A stretch of 64,000 nucleotides of DNA from Podarcis tiliguerta. Lineage: Eukaryota. This document shows positions 46,301-58,594 of the stretch, piece after piece. The notes below the pieces were generated by a model. It searched no databases, was not told where the DNA came from, and worked only from the letters and a program-made list of their open reading frames with translations. The translations under genes and the position numbers were made by a program. The stretch's first letter is position 1, and every line of letters begins with the position of its first letter. Where the stretch lies: assembly GCA_965153285.1 (NCBI GenBank), contig OZ229111.1; one strand, 5' to 3'.

Positions 46301-48309
46301 GAGGAATGTGCTTCAGGTCTCAAGAAAGCCCAGGAAGACCCTTGAACTGGACACTAATGGCTACTCCAGGGAAGGATGTGGCAAAGGACCAATAGTTAAT
46401 GGAGTTCCACAGGACACATCTGGTGTTACATTCTGCAGGATAATTATGCTTCATGGTGTCACTGACAGGCCTTCAATAACAAGTGCATAAATCTGCTAAT
46501 GGCATTCAGAAGTGATGATGAATCAACTGGAGAGAGAGAGAGAGAAAAAAAAAACCTCAAGCAAAGAACGGCAAGCATTCTAAATAGATGAAACCGTGCA
46601 GAGAAGTAGCAAGCCATGCTCTACAACAGACAGAGACAGTCACCGGCTCTATGGCTACCCTTTGGCAAAAGTGTCCCTCGGATGGGTCAAGCATGCCACT
46701 AATTGAAAACTTCATACGCACAGGTGTTCGATATAAAGATACCTATCCAGTTTCTCAATAGCACATTTGCAATTAAATCCTTATACATAACATTGAACTT
46801 ATTAAATATTAACAGTTGTTTTTTTAAACTTTTTTTTTGTTTTGTTATTTCATTGCATAGAACATTAGACATGAGAATCATTTTGCTGTTACCCACGGTG
46901 AATGGAAGCTCCTATGGGTCACACCAATGAATTGTTGCTCTTGAGCATGCTCAGTGTGGACGAGAGACGGGCAGGAAACAGACAGCGCAGACAAATGGGA
47001 GCCAGAGCATCCATACACTTGCTGGATTCTTTACAGCAAAGGAAAAGAGGAGCCGTTTCACAGGGGTTTTTTTCGGCTCTCGCGGGTAACAGTGCCAGGA
47101 GCTCCTCGCCAGCAGGTTCAGCAACATCCTGCCCCCAGGGAGCTCCTCCATCGTTCTGAGCATGCCCACTGGTAATGGCTTAAGAAGGACTTGAATTGCA
47201 CAGTAGTAGTAGGAAGGAGGATGGCAGAGGCAAGCTCTCCTGATCTCATCACACTGGATTGTGCTCTTTTTTGTAGCCTTCTGCACTCTATTGCTTCTAC
47301 CGACAACAGTCCATGTGCTAACGCAGGACAAAGCAAAGAGGAAAAACAGTATGTTCGATACAAAGTAAAAAACAAAAACTGAGAACAAAAAAGAACCTCA
47401 CAAAAAAGAGAAAAAAAGAAAATTTAAAATAAATCCAAACCCCCAGTTGCTGGGTGCTGATGAGGTATACGCATAAATAAAAGTGGAATGATTAAGGCTG
47501 TTTTTGAAATAAAAATAATCCCCAGGCATACATAAAACAATGCACAACACTAACAACGGAAAGCACTGCCATTTGAATGCTTTAGAATGGCTTCAGGATG
47601 GCTTTGGGGTGGCTGATAGACATGCCTGGCCAGCATTTGCTTCAGTCAATAGTCAGCCAGTTTGCACTGCCTTTCAGAGTCCTATGGCCTCTTATCTCAG
47701 TGGTGAAACAGTGTTAGGTCCTAGTCGAAGTTCTCTTCATCCCATGCTTTCCATTGCAGGGAGGATGAGAGGGAACAAACACTGTGCAGGCGGAGCGACC
47801 GACAGGGCAAACTGGAATGTGAAGAGCAGAGCCTCCAGCTCCCAGCCCTCGACTCAAGCACATCTTGGAGAGTGGGAAAAACCTATGAAGATTCTAGAGT
47901 TAAAATTCAGTAAGAGAGAAAACTCTGCGTATAATCTCAAGAAAGGGCCATGGCTCCCAACATTAGACCTTAGGCACAAATGGAACCACCGCAGTGAGTA
48001 GTCTCTGGAGCCCCAGACATCCCCTCCAGGATCAGGGAAGTGGCCAGTCTGTGTGACAAGCTGGGACCGGGCCATGTTCTGTAAACGTCTTTTATGTACA
48101 TCTTCTCAGACTAAGCGTCTGCCTTCACCCCTTGGGGCTCATGCAACGAACACCGTGGAGTTGACAGCAGGCGGCTTCTGAAAGCCTTTTGCAACAGTTG
48201 GCTCAGATGTCCTCAAGGAGCTTCTTATGGGATCCACTGGCAAATGTCTCCATAAAGATCTCTTCCGCCTTCCATCTCGCAGCCTAGTGGTTTTCCATGG
48301 TTTCAAAAG
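43320..48309 (-). other. BSN: Probable BSN terminal 3'-UTR exon (~5 kb)
   Basis: Pyrimidine tract + AG acceptor at 48310-11; repeat-poor, with U-rich tracts; AATAAA at 43340-43345; miR-153 8mer matches. Confidence 0.6.
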
Positions 48310-50089
48310 CTTGATGAGACAAAAGAGAGAATCAGAAATATTATATTTACAAGAGGTCATTCACAGAAACACAATTTCTTGCCATGCCATGGTTTGGCAC
48401 AAATTTTCCTGATCCTCTCTGGGTATTCACTCACAGCACCACCTGAGAAAGCTCTGCTGTACTGTACTGTTTATGGCTGCAGTGTGCCTCTCTCATTTCT
48501 CAAAACCAAAGCACAAAAGCAACCCAAAGAACTAGCCAGAAAAGACCACCAATCAAAGAGCCTGAACAGTTTACATAATGACATCAGCTGCCCACGCTTA
48601 CTGAGATGCAACTGTTTCATACTGGGGTTGTCTAAAACTGAGGATTGAAAGAGCCAGCACTTTCCCCAAAGAGATTTGTTGTTTGCTTTCACCTCTCCAC
48701 TCAAACCCGGGGGCAGACCTGGCTCACACTGTAATGTACAGACTGAGGCAGCAAGTGTAAGAAGCTACCCACTTACCTCAGCTGGGATAAGTTCAATTTC
48801 CCCCTCAAATCAAAAAGCATGCAGTCCTTTCAGTGAGCTCTCTAAAATGGACAAAAACACAGACAGGGCCATGAAAGGAGATAGTGCTGTAAGTGGCAAA
48901 GCTCTGAGCACACCCAGGGGATGGAATCAGCCGACAAAAATATTCTCTCTCTGCTTGTGGCTCAGGGCTGTGGCCCTGGGGCCTATGCAGGCTTGTGCTG
49001 CTACCCACATTCTGGAGCTGCCATGGGTCTCTCTGCCTCTTCCCCTCATTTCACCTCTTCCCAAGGTAAGAGTGTTCTGCATATGGCACACTGGCTTTCC
49101 TGGAACTTAGCACAGCAATGCACAAAACAGGTTCTTTCCCCTCCCACTTCCAGATGAGCTGCTGTGTTCTATTGATAGAGCAAAGAGAAAGGATTGTTGT
49201 CTGCTGCCTGCAGTGAGAGGACTGCTAATAACAGCTGCTTTCCCCAAAACAGTCACTGCAATATTGTGCTGAGCGAAGTGGTATTTCTTAGTCAAAATAA
49301 GCAGCAAAGAGCAAATATCTTCACTCATGCCTTCTTCTTATGCCCCCCGTTATCCATTTTACATCTGGGTTGCTGGTCTGGGGGCTTAGGTCTTTAAGGC
49401 TGTGGCTGATAGAATAAATTTTATGCCACAGCAAAGCCATTTTGATGCCTTACCATTACAGACAACAGAGTTAAGCAGCAAACAAATGGGACACATTTCT
49501 ACAGTTGGTTCCAGACAATCTATTTATTGGCCATTCATCCTGATTTGTTTGCACAGCGTTTGCGGGGACAACACCAGTTATTTATGGAGCATCCATACTG
49601 ATTTGTTTGCAGGGAGGTTATATGACATTGTGCCAACTACGTGCTATCCCACACCTTAATTTTCTTGCTTCCTCTATCACAGTAGCTGAGTTCACCCAGT
49701 GGGGTGCAGCTGCGACATCCTGGCAGGTGTTTCACTGCTGCTTAATGTGAGGAGGAAGAAGGGGAAGGAGGAGATGGCGGGGAGGCTGTTGTGGCATGGT
49801 TACAGTGGCAGGAGCAAAGGAATAGCCCCACTGTTGAGCCCACACCATCCTGGCCTCCCTCTTGCCTAGTCCCTCTTGCTCCTGGTTAAGCAGCAGAGGC
49901 ACTGCTGCAAGGAAGTTAGCATTGCAACTCTGTGTAGCAGGCGACCTGCTGTTTTGCTCCATCATGCTTTATCATCTCTTATTCCCCGCCACGGCTGTCC
50001 CCAGACATGCTGTCCTCTGTGTCTAGAACATCTTCCTGCTGTATATAAGAGTATTTAGTGCCTCAGCCTCCTTTAAGCCCTTCTTCTTT

Positions 50090-50215
50090 AGAATCGTAGT
50101 GTAGAGTTGGAAGGGGCCCTGAGCATCATCTAGTCCAATGCAGGAATGTCAGCTAAAGCATCATGACCAATGGCCATCCAACCTCTGCTTAAAAACCTCT
50201 AAGGAAGGAGATTCC
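50090..50215 (-). mobile_element. CR1 3' fragment
   Basis: Reverse complement of the 14100-14240 CR1 tail. Confidence 0.75.
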
Positions 50216-50236
50216 TTTAACAAGGCCTTTCCCAAA

Positions 50237-50502
50237 CTCAGATGGTTAAGAGCAGGCTTCCTCAACCTCGGACCTCCATATGTTTTGAGACTACAATTCC
50301 CATCATCCCTGACCACTGGTCCTTCTAGCTAGGGATCATGGGAGTTGTAGGCCAAAAACATTTGGAGGGCCGAGGTTGAGGAAGCCTGGTTAAGAGTGTG
50401 GTGCTGATAACGCCAATGCTGGTAAGGGCCAGCTGCATATTCCTGCATTGCAGGGTGTTAGACTAGATGATCCTCAGGATCCCCTCCAACTCTATGATTC
50501 TT
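50237..50502 (+). mobile_element. tRNA-derived SINE with CR1-like tail (interrupted by the MITE)
   Basis: ctcagatggttaagag|tgtggtgctgataacgccaa...cagctgcatattcctgcattgcaggg...ccaactctatgattct. Confidence 0.75.
50253..50388. mobile_element. hAT-type MITE with 8-bp TSD, inserted in a SINE
   Basis: TIR caggcttcctcaacctcgg/ccgaggttgaggaagcctg; TSD GTTAAGAG at 50245-52 and 50389-96. Confidence 0.92.
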
Positions 50503-51421
50503 TGAAACCATCCTAGCCACACCGACCTGCACCTTCATTTCCTCCTCCGTGTCAGTCCCTGCCTTCCCCTGCCCCCACTAGCTATATCCACCTAATACAG
50601 ACTGTAAGAAGTCTGAATGGGGACTGTCTCTTTTCTCTAAGTCTGTACAGTGTGTAGCATGCTGCGGACATTAAACAAACATTTAGCAGCAACAGGATAT
50701 ACTCTTGACTGGAAGTGGCACGGCTTACCTAAACTATCAGACAAATTGCCATAAGCTAAGCAGGATATCATATGACTAGGTAAAAGAAATATCTCCTCTG
50801 GGCTTTGTATCTTGGGGGCCATCTCTGAGCCTTGATGAAAGCCAAGTATCTGATCTCATCCACACCCTCAGAAGAATGTAGGAATGGAGGCAATGAGGTG
50901 ACACTCACTGTTATACCCAGAGTCTGGTGCGGCAGACTGAATTCCAATGAATTCTTCATAGGTTTTTCCAGTGCAATGATGAGATCTCCATTTATTCTCC
51001 CAAACTCCTGCCGGGGTGATAGAGAGACACACATAAGAAAAAGATATGGCTATTAGGAAAGAAAAATATACATGTGCAGAAAAAAAAGAAAAATGTCAGA
51101 GTAACTAAAGGGGGTGCTTGGATTAACAGCTCTGATGTTAGGGTGCTGCAGCAATGAAAGGCACCTGTTGAGGAACAGAAGTTGAACCAAGCTATTAAAC
51201 AGGAAATTACGCCAGGACCTCTTTCAATGGCAATGGCCAGAGAAGATGAAATGTATCAGGGGTTTTGCTTGGCAGCTGTAATGTCATTGAGGGTTGTGTA
51301 TATATACCGTACTTTGTTGGAAGCCACCCAGACTGGCTGGAACTGCTCAGTCAGATGTGTGGGGTACAAGAAATAAATTATTATTACCACAACAAAAAGT
51401 GACTCACCCAGCGATGTTCTC

Positions 51422-51462
51422 TCACCAAAATGATGTGAATTTCTTGCCAAAAGCTGACACAG
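51422..51462 (-). CDS. BSN: BSN stop-containing exon (VSAFGKKFTSFW*)
   Basis: AG acceptor; TGA at 51422-24; exon continues to GTGAGT donor at 51407. Confidence 0.93.
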
Positions 51463-54400
51463 CTATGGGAGTAAAGATAAGAGAAATAAATGCCATCAGC
51501 ATATGTGGTACCGAAGACTGGCTGCATCTTTTCCCCACTCACCTCTTTCCCGCTGGATCTTCAGTTTTTAGGGCCCTTCTTCTATTTCACAAGAGCCCCT
51601 CCTCCATATTATCAGCCTTCACATTGCCAGCCCTGTTATCACCCTCTGTCCCCACATCTCTGTTTGTGACACAGGAAGGGACTATGGCTACATGCTTTGC
51701 ATATAGAAGGAAATTCACTTCCTGGCATTTCAAGTAAAAAAGGATCTCCCAACAGAAGGGTTGGCCTGAGCTGTTGGAAAGCTGCTGCTGGCCACTGGGA
51801 TAAGGCAATTCTATTTTAGCCCTTAGTGATCCTCATCATCAAGTGAGCACTTATGGCCTGCCGTGTTGATGGTCTGCTATGCTAACGTGGCTTTTTCCTT
51901 CAGTGTTCTACCACCCAATCCCCATTTTCTTTGTTTTGATTTCGTCTTCACAGCTTTTACTTTTCTTGCTGGCTTCTTATTTCTTGTATTCTCACATAGG
52001 TGTAAATTAGAACAAGGGCTGTGGCTCAGCAGTGGAGCATCTGCTGTGAGTGCAGAAGGTCCCAGCTTCAGATTTCTGCCTGCTCCAGAGAGGCCTGAGG
52101 GAGACTCCTGCCTGAAATCCTAGAGAGCCACTACCAGTCAGTGTAGATAACACTGAGCTAGACGGATCAGTGGTCTGAATCAGCAGTTGCCCTGCAGTTC
52201 TGCCATTTGTCCTGAAAGAAGTGTTGAACAAATCCACCTGTGCAAGCATGAAGACAGGTGAGCTGTCTCCAGGAGCAAATCCCGCATGCTTTGACATGGG
52301 GCGCCCAAGAAAGATGCCTCTGAAACCTCTCACCTTCTGTCAATTTGCCTGCTTGTTCTGCTGCCCCTCCTGGCAGGATTTTGGAGAAGACGCTCTCTCC
52401 CTCAGCTCCTGGCAGTCCAGTCGCTGCCCCTGCAGAAGTGGGAGCACCTGCTGGTTTGGAACCTATCTTAATGCCTGTTGGAGAAAGAGAAATTGATTTG
52501 TATGGATTTATTTAGCTGCATATATGCATTTATTTAAATATATATCCTCCCATATCACCAAGGGTAGGTCCAACTGGCAATTTGCATATACCCCCCGCCC
52601 CACATTCATAGGCCATAACCAATCTCTGTCTAACCGCCTTCACCAGAAAATGATGGCCACACTATTTCTAAGAGTGTTAACCAAGATGCACAATGTGTTG
52701 GTGAGATATCAGTATGACAGGCACAAGAAACGACTAAAACTTCTTGGTGAAAAAAGTATTTTAAATTGGAGCTGAATGATGAGACAACTCAATTTGCAGT
52801 CATTTCCCCAATTGGTTAATGAGAAAGGAGTGGGAAGCCTTTTATTTTTGACAGCTATGCAAAGCGAACCTATTGTACCTTATGTGGAATGAAGCTGGAG
52901 GCTGCTTTTGGACATTCTACTTGTGTTTATCTTTTCTATGACATACAGAATACTAGTTTCAAGTGAATTAATTCTATGCTGACTGGCCTACACCCTGGGG
53001 CCAAGCATGGCTAAATGACCTAAAGCATTTGCCTTCTTAATCTCAGGTAGGACATCCCCCCCCACCCACAGTAAATGGTCTTGGAACTCCCTTTGACTTC
53101 AATCTAATCGTCCCTCAGAGAGATCTGAGCCTACTGAACTACTGGTGCTGCCTCCCTTTTTAAGGAAAACACATACAATTGCAGGTGCTGGAAAGGAGCT
53201 ACTGACCTCCTGCTGCTGCTCCCAGTGGCTGTGTTTGGGGTGCTTTCCCCACCTGTGGCACTTTTGTGGTAGGTTTGGATGCATCCATCTGCTCTGCTTT
53301 AGACTGTAATATAGCAAACAGTGATTTATGTATTTATTTAATGCATATGAGAATGAATAATGGTAAAATTAAGCCCATCTCCTGGGGTCTTTCTCTTAGC
53401 CTTCTTCCTAGAGTTTAATTGCCAGGTTATCCTGGCTGTCTCACAGCAATCCTTATCCACCCACCCTATTCTCCACCAGATACTCCCCACCCTCTAGGAT
53501 TCCTGAGGTACTGCCTGTGATCTCCATCAAGAAAGCTACATATAAAGCTCCTATACAAAGGCCATTCCCTTAAGTGCATTCCTTTCCTTTCCTCTCCCCT
53601 CCGCTCTTCTTTGTCTCTGTCCGAACTGCCCCCTCTGTAACTTACTGCAGCCTATTGTTAGTTCCATGAACCACTACTCTGCTGGGAAGACTCCATTCTC
53701 CACAGTGACCTAGTCAGTCCACAAATGCACATTTCCTTGCTTTGACATTCTAAGGTGAGGCAATCCCAGCGCGACTCCTGTACTACAGAACAGGCCATCG
53801 CTTAGCCCAGCCCTCTCACCCGACGTGGGGAAAAACAAGTTGTGGTCAGCTCTGAGGGACCTACTGTATAACTGACCCCGAACAAAGGCACGTAGATACT
53901 TACTGGTCCCGCTGGGTGAGTGCCAGGTTGTGCTTGGAGGGCAGATTGGGGTTTGCCTGCTGGCTGGGCTTGGCCAGGCTGTTGTTGGGCTGGCCGTGAG
54001 GAGGGCTGGGCTTGGGTTCCTGCTGGCGGTGGCTGCTGCTGCTGCTGCTGCTGCTGCACCCTAGCTTGCTGTTGCTGTTGCTGAGAAGGTTGTTGCGAGG
54101 GAGCTGCTTGCTGCTGCTGCTGCTGTCTGCTTGACGGCTGCTGCTGCCTGGATGATGGCTGCTGCTGCTGCTGCCCAACTTGCTGCTGCCTCGCTTGCTG
54201 CTGCTGTTGGTGCGAAAGAGGCTCCGATTTTGGCTGCTGAGATGGCGGCCCATGTTGCACCTGCCTCTGCGATTTTTGGGACTCTGAGGTATGATGGTAG
54301 CCTGACGGCTGCCGAGACTGCTGGGAGTACTCTGAGGAGCTGGAAGGATAACCTGGCTGCGCTCTTATATCGGCCTGCTGAGCCTTCTTCTGGGAAGAGG

Positions 54401-57269
54401 GCTGCCCATGTCCGCGTGACTCGTGGCGGCCAGCATCTCTTGGATGTTGCCTGGATGACCTCTTTGGCAGGTCATCGGTGGAGTGCCGGGAGGAGGACGA
54501 ATGCCTCCCGTAGTCTCCATGGTGCCTGTGTTCTTTGGAAGAGGAGTGTCGCGGGTGAGAGTAGTCATCGTGATGCCACATGTCTTCATCCGGGGGCTCA
54601 TCATAGTCGTGATAGGTGTGCTTAACTGGACCCCTCCTTTGGGAGGATGAGGAGTGGCCACCATAATGCCTCATCCTCTCCGAACGAGGTTCCCTCGGCT
54701 TATCAAACCAGTCTGTCTCCTCCTGACCCAAGTGATAGGCTTCAGAAACCAAAAACAAATCACAGTCAATCCCCTCATCCACAGTTGGGAATGTACCCCA
54801 GGATGAAGCCATGCAATGGATTAAAAGAAAGCAAGGAACCGATCGCATGCACACAGGATATGCCACAGTAGCCGCTTGGGAAATAGATATCTAGAAATAA
54901 ACAGGAATCATAGCACAGTATCACACTGAACAAGCAGTGAGCAGAGCACCAGTAGGACATGCAGAGTGCAGCATGCTAACACAGAACCACCAAAACAGAA
55001 AGCAAAATGCGGGAGAAAGGCACCTGGCAAGGAAATGGAGGCTGTGGTATTGTCCTTGCAAATATGACCCGCTTGGGCATGCTCTGGGGTTAAGTTACCA
55101 CAGGTAGCCATTACCTTCACTGTCTGAAACAACACAGTGTGAATCATCCATGATGTAACCTTCCTCATGCTTGTAAGAGTGGGTTCTTGGCACATCTTTG
55201 ATATGTTCTTGTACATCAGGCAATGAGTGACTGGAGCAGAACTGAGAGCAGCTGTCCCCAGCAGACTGAGGGAGAGGCCCACCTGAGGACCGCGATACGC
55301 CCATGGACTTCCCCAAAGGACTGATGGGGCTCTCTTCTTCTGAGGTTTGTGTGCGAATTGGAGGTCGCCCGCGACTTTGACTCATGCTAAGGGAAGAAGG
55401 TTTGGAACTGCCTCTCTGAGGCCTCTCCATGCTCTCTCTCTCGTAGGACCTGCTCCTGATCTCACGGCTCGACATTCTCTCCGACACATAACCAGACGAT
55501 CTGGATCGCCCGCCACTGTATGCCCTGTCATCTTCTTCCATCGTATCCCTGGCAGACCCACCATAGTACTTCTGCTGTTCATATACATTCTTTTTGAGGC
55601 CGTATGTGATGTCGTCTTGCATCTTCTTTGCTCTGGATGCCACACTGCTGCTGCTGACTGACGTGGTTGCTGGGTAAGAGGCCAAGTCTGATTCCACATC
55701 TCTCGCTTCTTCTATAGGGGAGAATTTCGAGATCTTCTGCTCCATACCTTGTTTCCGATGCTTGCTGCGTTTGGAAGAGATGACAGCTGGGGCCAAGTTT
55801 TTGGAAGAGTGCTTCTGCACTCCCATGGTGGACCCAGGCTTGTCTGGGCGAGTGGAGTGCCTGTAATCACTGTCCCCGTAGTAGTAGGAGCCGGAGCTAC
55901 CCGACATCCTCCCATTGCTCTCTGGACCCCTATGGTAGCCTCTCCCACGGTGGTCAGGGCCGTGGTGATCATACATGTCCTCCTCTGACTCTTCTCCCTT
56001 AGGGTAGCAACAAGGCCTGCTGGAGACATCTGTGTCTGTGAAGTCACTCTTTTCTTTCATATATCGCCCATTGCTGCTCTGCAACTGCGAATCTCCTTTT
56101 TGGCCCTCTGCTGAGGTGCTCTCTTTGGTTAGTTCACTGATGTCATCAATCATCACATAGTTCCGAGGAATGTTCTGCTCCAGGTTGGTGTAGAGGGAGT
56201 CAGAGGAATAGCTGGTTGAGGGACTTTGAGCTACGCCGCTCCTGTCCACCAGCCTTCCTTCTGGCGGCTTGTACTGGTCGTAGCTGCTGGTCACAGTTGT
56301 GGTGCTGTATGTCACTTCTGGAGTTGCGGCTGAGATGACCACAGTGGGGTTGCCTATTACTTCATAGTTGGTGGGCATCTTCTGCTCAAGGTCAGCTAGC
56401 GATGTCTGCCGCGGTTTCTGGGAGGTGGTGTGTGTGTCCGTGTGGGTCTGGAAAAGAGCGCTCTGCGCTGGCTGCAGAGGTGTCTGACTGGGATACGTGG
56501 TCTGTGCTTGGTAAGGTGGCCGGAAGCCTTGGTGACTTTGCAGAACCTGTTCAGACTGATACCCGGTGCTTGGAGTAAAGCTGTGACTCTGGTATGTCGT
56601 TTGGGAAGGGTAGGCAGGCATCTGGCTTGCTTGGAATCCGTTCTGCGCAGGGACATTGCTTGCTGAGGGGTAGTGTGGAGGCTGAAACCTTGCTTGTTGG
56701 AATGCGGCTGGGGCTGGTGGGGCAGCTTGTCCTGAGGAGTACTGATATGGGGTGTAAGAGGAGGCTGATGTGTACTGTGCACTGGAAAAGTCAGCGTATT
56801 GATTGGAAGGGGCAGTACTAGGCCTGGTCAGACTCTCATAGCCAGAGAGTCGTAGGTTGTTGAGCTCGCTGTCAGACATATAATCCCTGTTTTCCCCCAA
56901 GCATCTCAGGTAGGGATAGTCACGGACGTTCCGGTCCTTCAGCAAAGACTCTTTTCTCTGCGTAATCCCCAGTTCCAAGTACTTCAGTTTGGCATCAATC
57001 TCCTTTTCTTCTTCATCAAGCTCAGCCTGTTTCTTCCGCAGCTTTGTGGACTCGTGCTCCACTAGCTTCAAGTCACGGTCAATGTCTTTCAGGAGGCTGG
57101 CCTTCGTCACCTGAATGGCTGGCCCTGCCACTCCCTTCTGCATGAGGCCCGGCATGTACATCTGTGAGTGAGCTTGGCTGGCCAGAGGGAGATGAGCTTC
57201 TTCCGGTGGGGGGCTAGGCAGTGTCCGTTTCACTTTCCGAATGAGGGTGTTTGACTGCAGGGTTGAAAT
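51422..57269 (-). CDS. BSN: Protein bassoon (presynaptic cytomatrix protein), 3' coding exons; 5' part lies beyond the window
   Basis: Exons 55115-57269, 53904-54739, 53207-53303, 52334-52474, 51422-51462. Recognised motifs: RKVKRTLPSPPPEEAHLPL, coiled coil ESTKLRKKQAELDEEEKEIDAKLKYLELGI, SLADLEQKMPTNYEVI, NLEQNIPRNYVMIDDISELTK, C-terminus ESVFSKILPGGAAEQAGKLTEAVSAFGKKFTSFW*. Confidence 0.97.
52015..52195 (+). mobile_element. tRNA-derived SINE
   Basis: gggctgtggctcagcagtggagcatctgct...gcagaaggtcccag head (A/B-box-like) plus conserved body. Confidence 0.7.
52334..52474 (-). CDS. BSN: BSN exon (IKIGSKP...ESVFSKILPGGAAEQAGKLTE)
   Basis: 141 nt, AG/GT. Confidence 0.94.
53207..53303 (-). CDS. 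BSN: BSN exon (SKAEQMDASKPTTKVPQVGKAPQTQPLGAAAG)
   Basis: 97 nt, AG/GT, phase-compatible. Confidence 0.85.
53904..54739 (-). CDS. BSN: BSN exon (YHLGQEETDWFDKPRE...His- and Gln-rich...HPAGP)
   Basis: 836 nt, AG/GT, phase 1 to 0. Confidence 0.94.
55115..57269 (-). CDS. BSN: BSN large exon (2155 nt, ISTLQSNTLIRKVKR...HCVVSDSE)
   Basis: Contains ORF 55095..57233; AG at 57270-71, GT at 55113-14. Confidence 0.96.
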
Positions 57270-57419
57270 CTAGAAGGTAATGGAAAGCTTAATTTAGATA
57301 GCAGGTAACCATGTGTGTGAAAGAACACATTTCCATTTTTAGTTACCAGGTGGGTGTATTACTCAACAGTGGCCCACACTTCTGGGGTTCCTATCTTCTA
57401 AGGCAGGCCCATTATATAT

Positions 57420-57870
57420 ATCTCATATTTTACCTCACCCTTTTCAACTCAAAGTGGCATAGATGATTCTCCCCCTCATTTAACACCCCCCCAACAATCC
57501 TCTTTGAGGTAGGTGAGGCTGAGAGAGAGTGACTGGCCCAAGTGAGCTTTGCCAAGTGGAGAATTGAACGCTGGTCTCCCAGGTCCTAATCCCACACTTT
57601 TAAATACAGTGGTACCTCTGGTTACATACTTAATTTGTTCCGGAGGTCCGTTCTTAACCTGAAACTGTTCTTAACCTGAAGCCCCACTTTAGCTAATGGG
57701 GCCTTCTGCTGCTGCCGTGCCGTCGCCGCACGATTTCTGTTCTCATCCTGAAGCAAAGTTCTTAACCTGAGGTACTATTTCTGGGTTAGCGGAGTCTGTA
57801 ACCTCAAGCGTATATAACCTGAAGCGTATGTAACCCGAGGTACCACTGTACTACACCACACTGGCTCTAA
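57420..57870 (-). mobile_element. tRNA-derived SINE interrupted by a mariner MITE
   Basis: Minus strand agagccagtgtggtgtag|...ggacctgggagaccagcgttcaa head split by the insertion. Confidence 0.65.
57607..57848. mobile_element. Tc1/mariner (Tigger-like) MITE
   Basis: TIR cagtggtacctc/gaggtaccactg, TA TSD on both sides. Confidence 0.92.
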
Positions 57871-58417
57871 TCTTGTGATGGAGACAAAGTGTAACCTTGC
57901 ACATTAATGGTTGTTAAAACTCACCAGGACTCAGAAGCACTTGAGTCACAAGGATGCCACATGCAGCCAGACCAATGAGGACAAGCGACAGGAATTTTAG
58001 TTCTTTATTAGCAAGGCACTTGGTTACATCAGCTGCTAAGGTGCAAGGGATATGCACACCCCTTCCTGCTAACTAGCTGCCTAGGAAATCAACCTCTGCG
58101 GAACAGTACTCTATCTTGGAGAGTTGGAGCAACAGTGTGGCCTCGCCCTTTCCTGTTTTCTTACCTCCCACCCCTTGTCTGATGTGGTGCACGCAAGCAC
58201 CAGTTGTTCCCCTCACTTCAAGCCTCTCCTTGAGCAGAGATACAGTGGAGGTGGGGAGAGAGGGGATCTCAACGGTCAGCTTCCGAGACCTCTTCCAGCT
58301 TTTCCTTCCTCCTTTCCCCGTTTCTGACTCCCCGGTTTCTTCCTCCTGACTCCCCTCAATCTCCTCAGAACCTCACAAATCACTGGCCCCTTCTGAGGGG
58401 TCCTCCCCACCACCACC

Positions 58418-58507
58418 CATAGCTGTCAACTTTTCCCTTTTCTTGCGAGGAATCCTATTTGGAATAAGGGAATTTTTCTTAAATAAAGGGGAAAGTTGAC
58501 AACTGTG
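58418..58507. mobile_element. 90-bp hAT-type MITE
   Basis: TIR catagctgtcaactttt/aaagttgacaactgtg; 8-bp TSD CCACCACC. Confidence 0.85.
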
Positions 58508-58594
58508 CCACCACCTGCCTCCTCTTCCCACACATTTCCCCAGCTGTCATGCTCCTGCCCGTCTCTGACACACAATCCTCAATGATTCTATGTA

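Noticed and set aside
52015-52090. tRNA gene
   Set aside because: The tRNA-like head is degenerate and runs into a SINE body with another copy at ~41855.
54131-56821. Antisense and alternative-frame ORFs over BSN exons
   Set aside because: Shadows of the long coding exons and CAG repeats.
57912-58570. Solo LTR (TG...CA ends, minus-strand AATAAA)
   Set aside because: No target-site duplication found and boundaries uncertain, so not listed as a feature.
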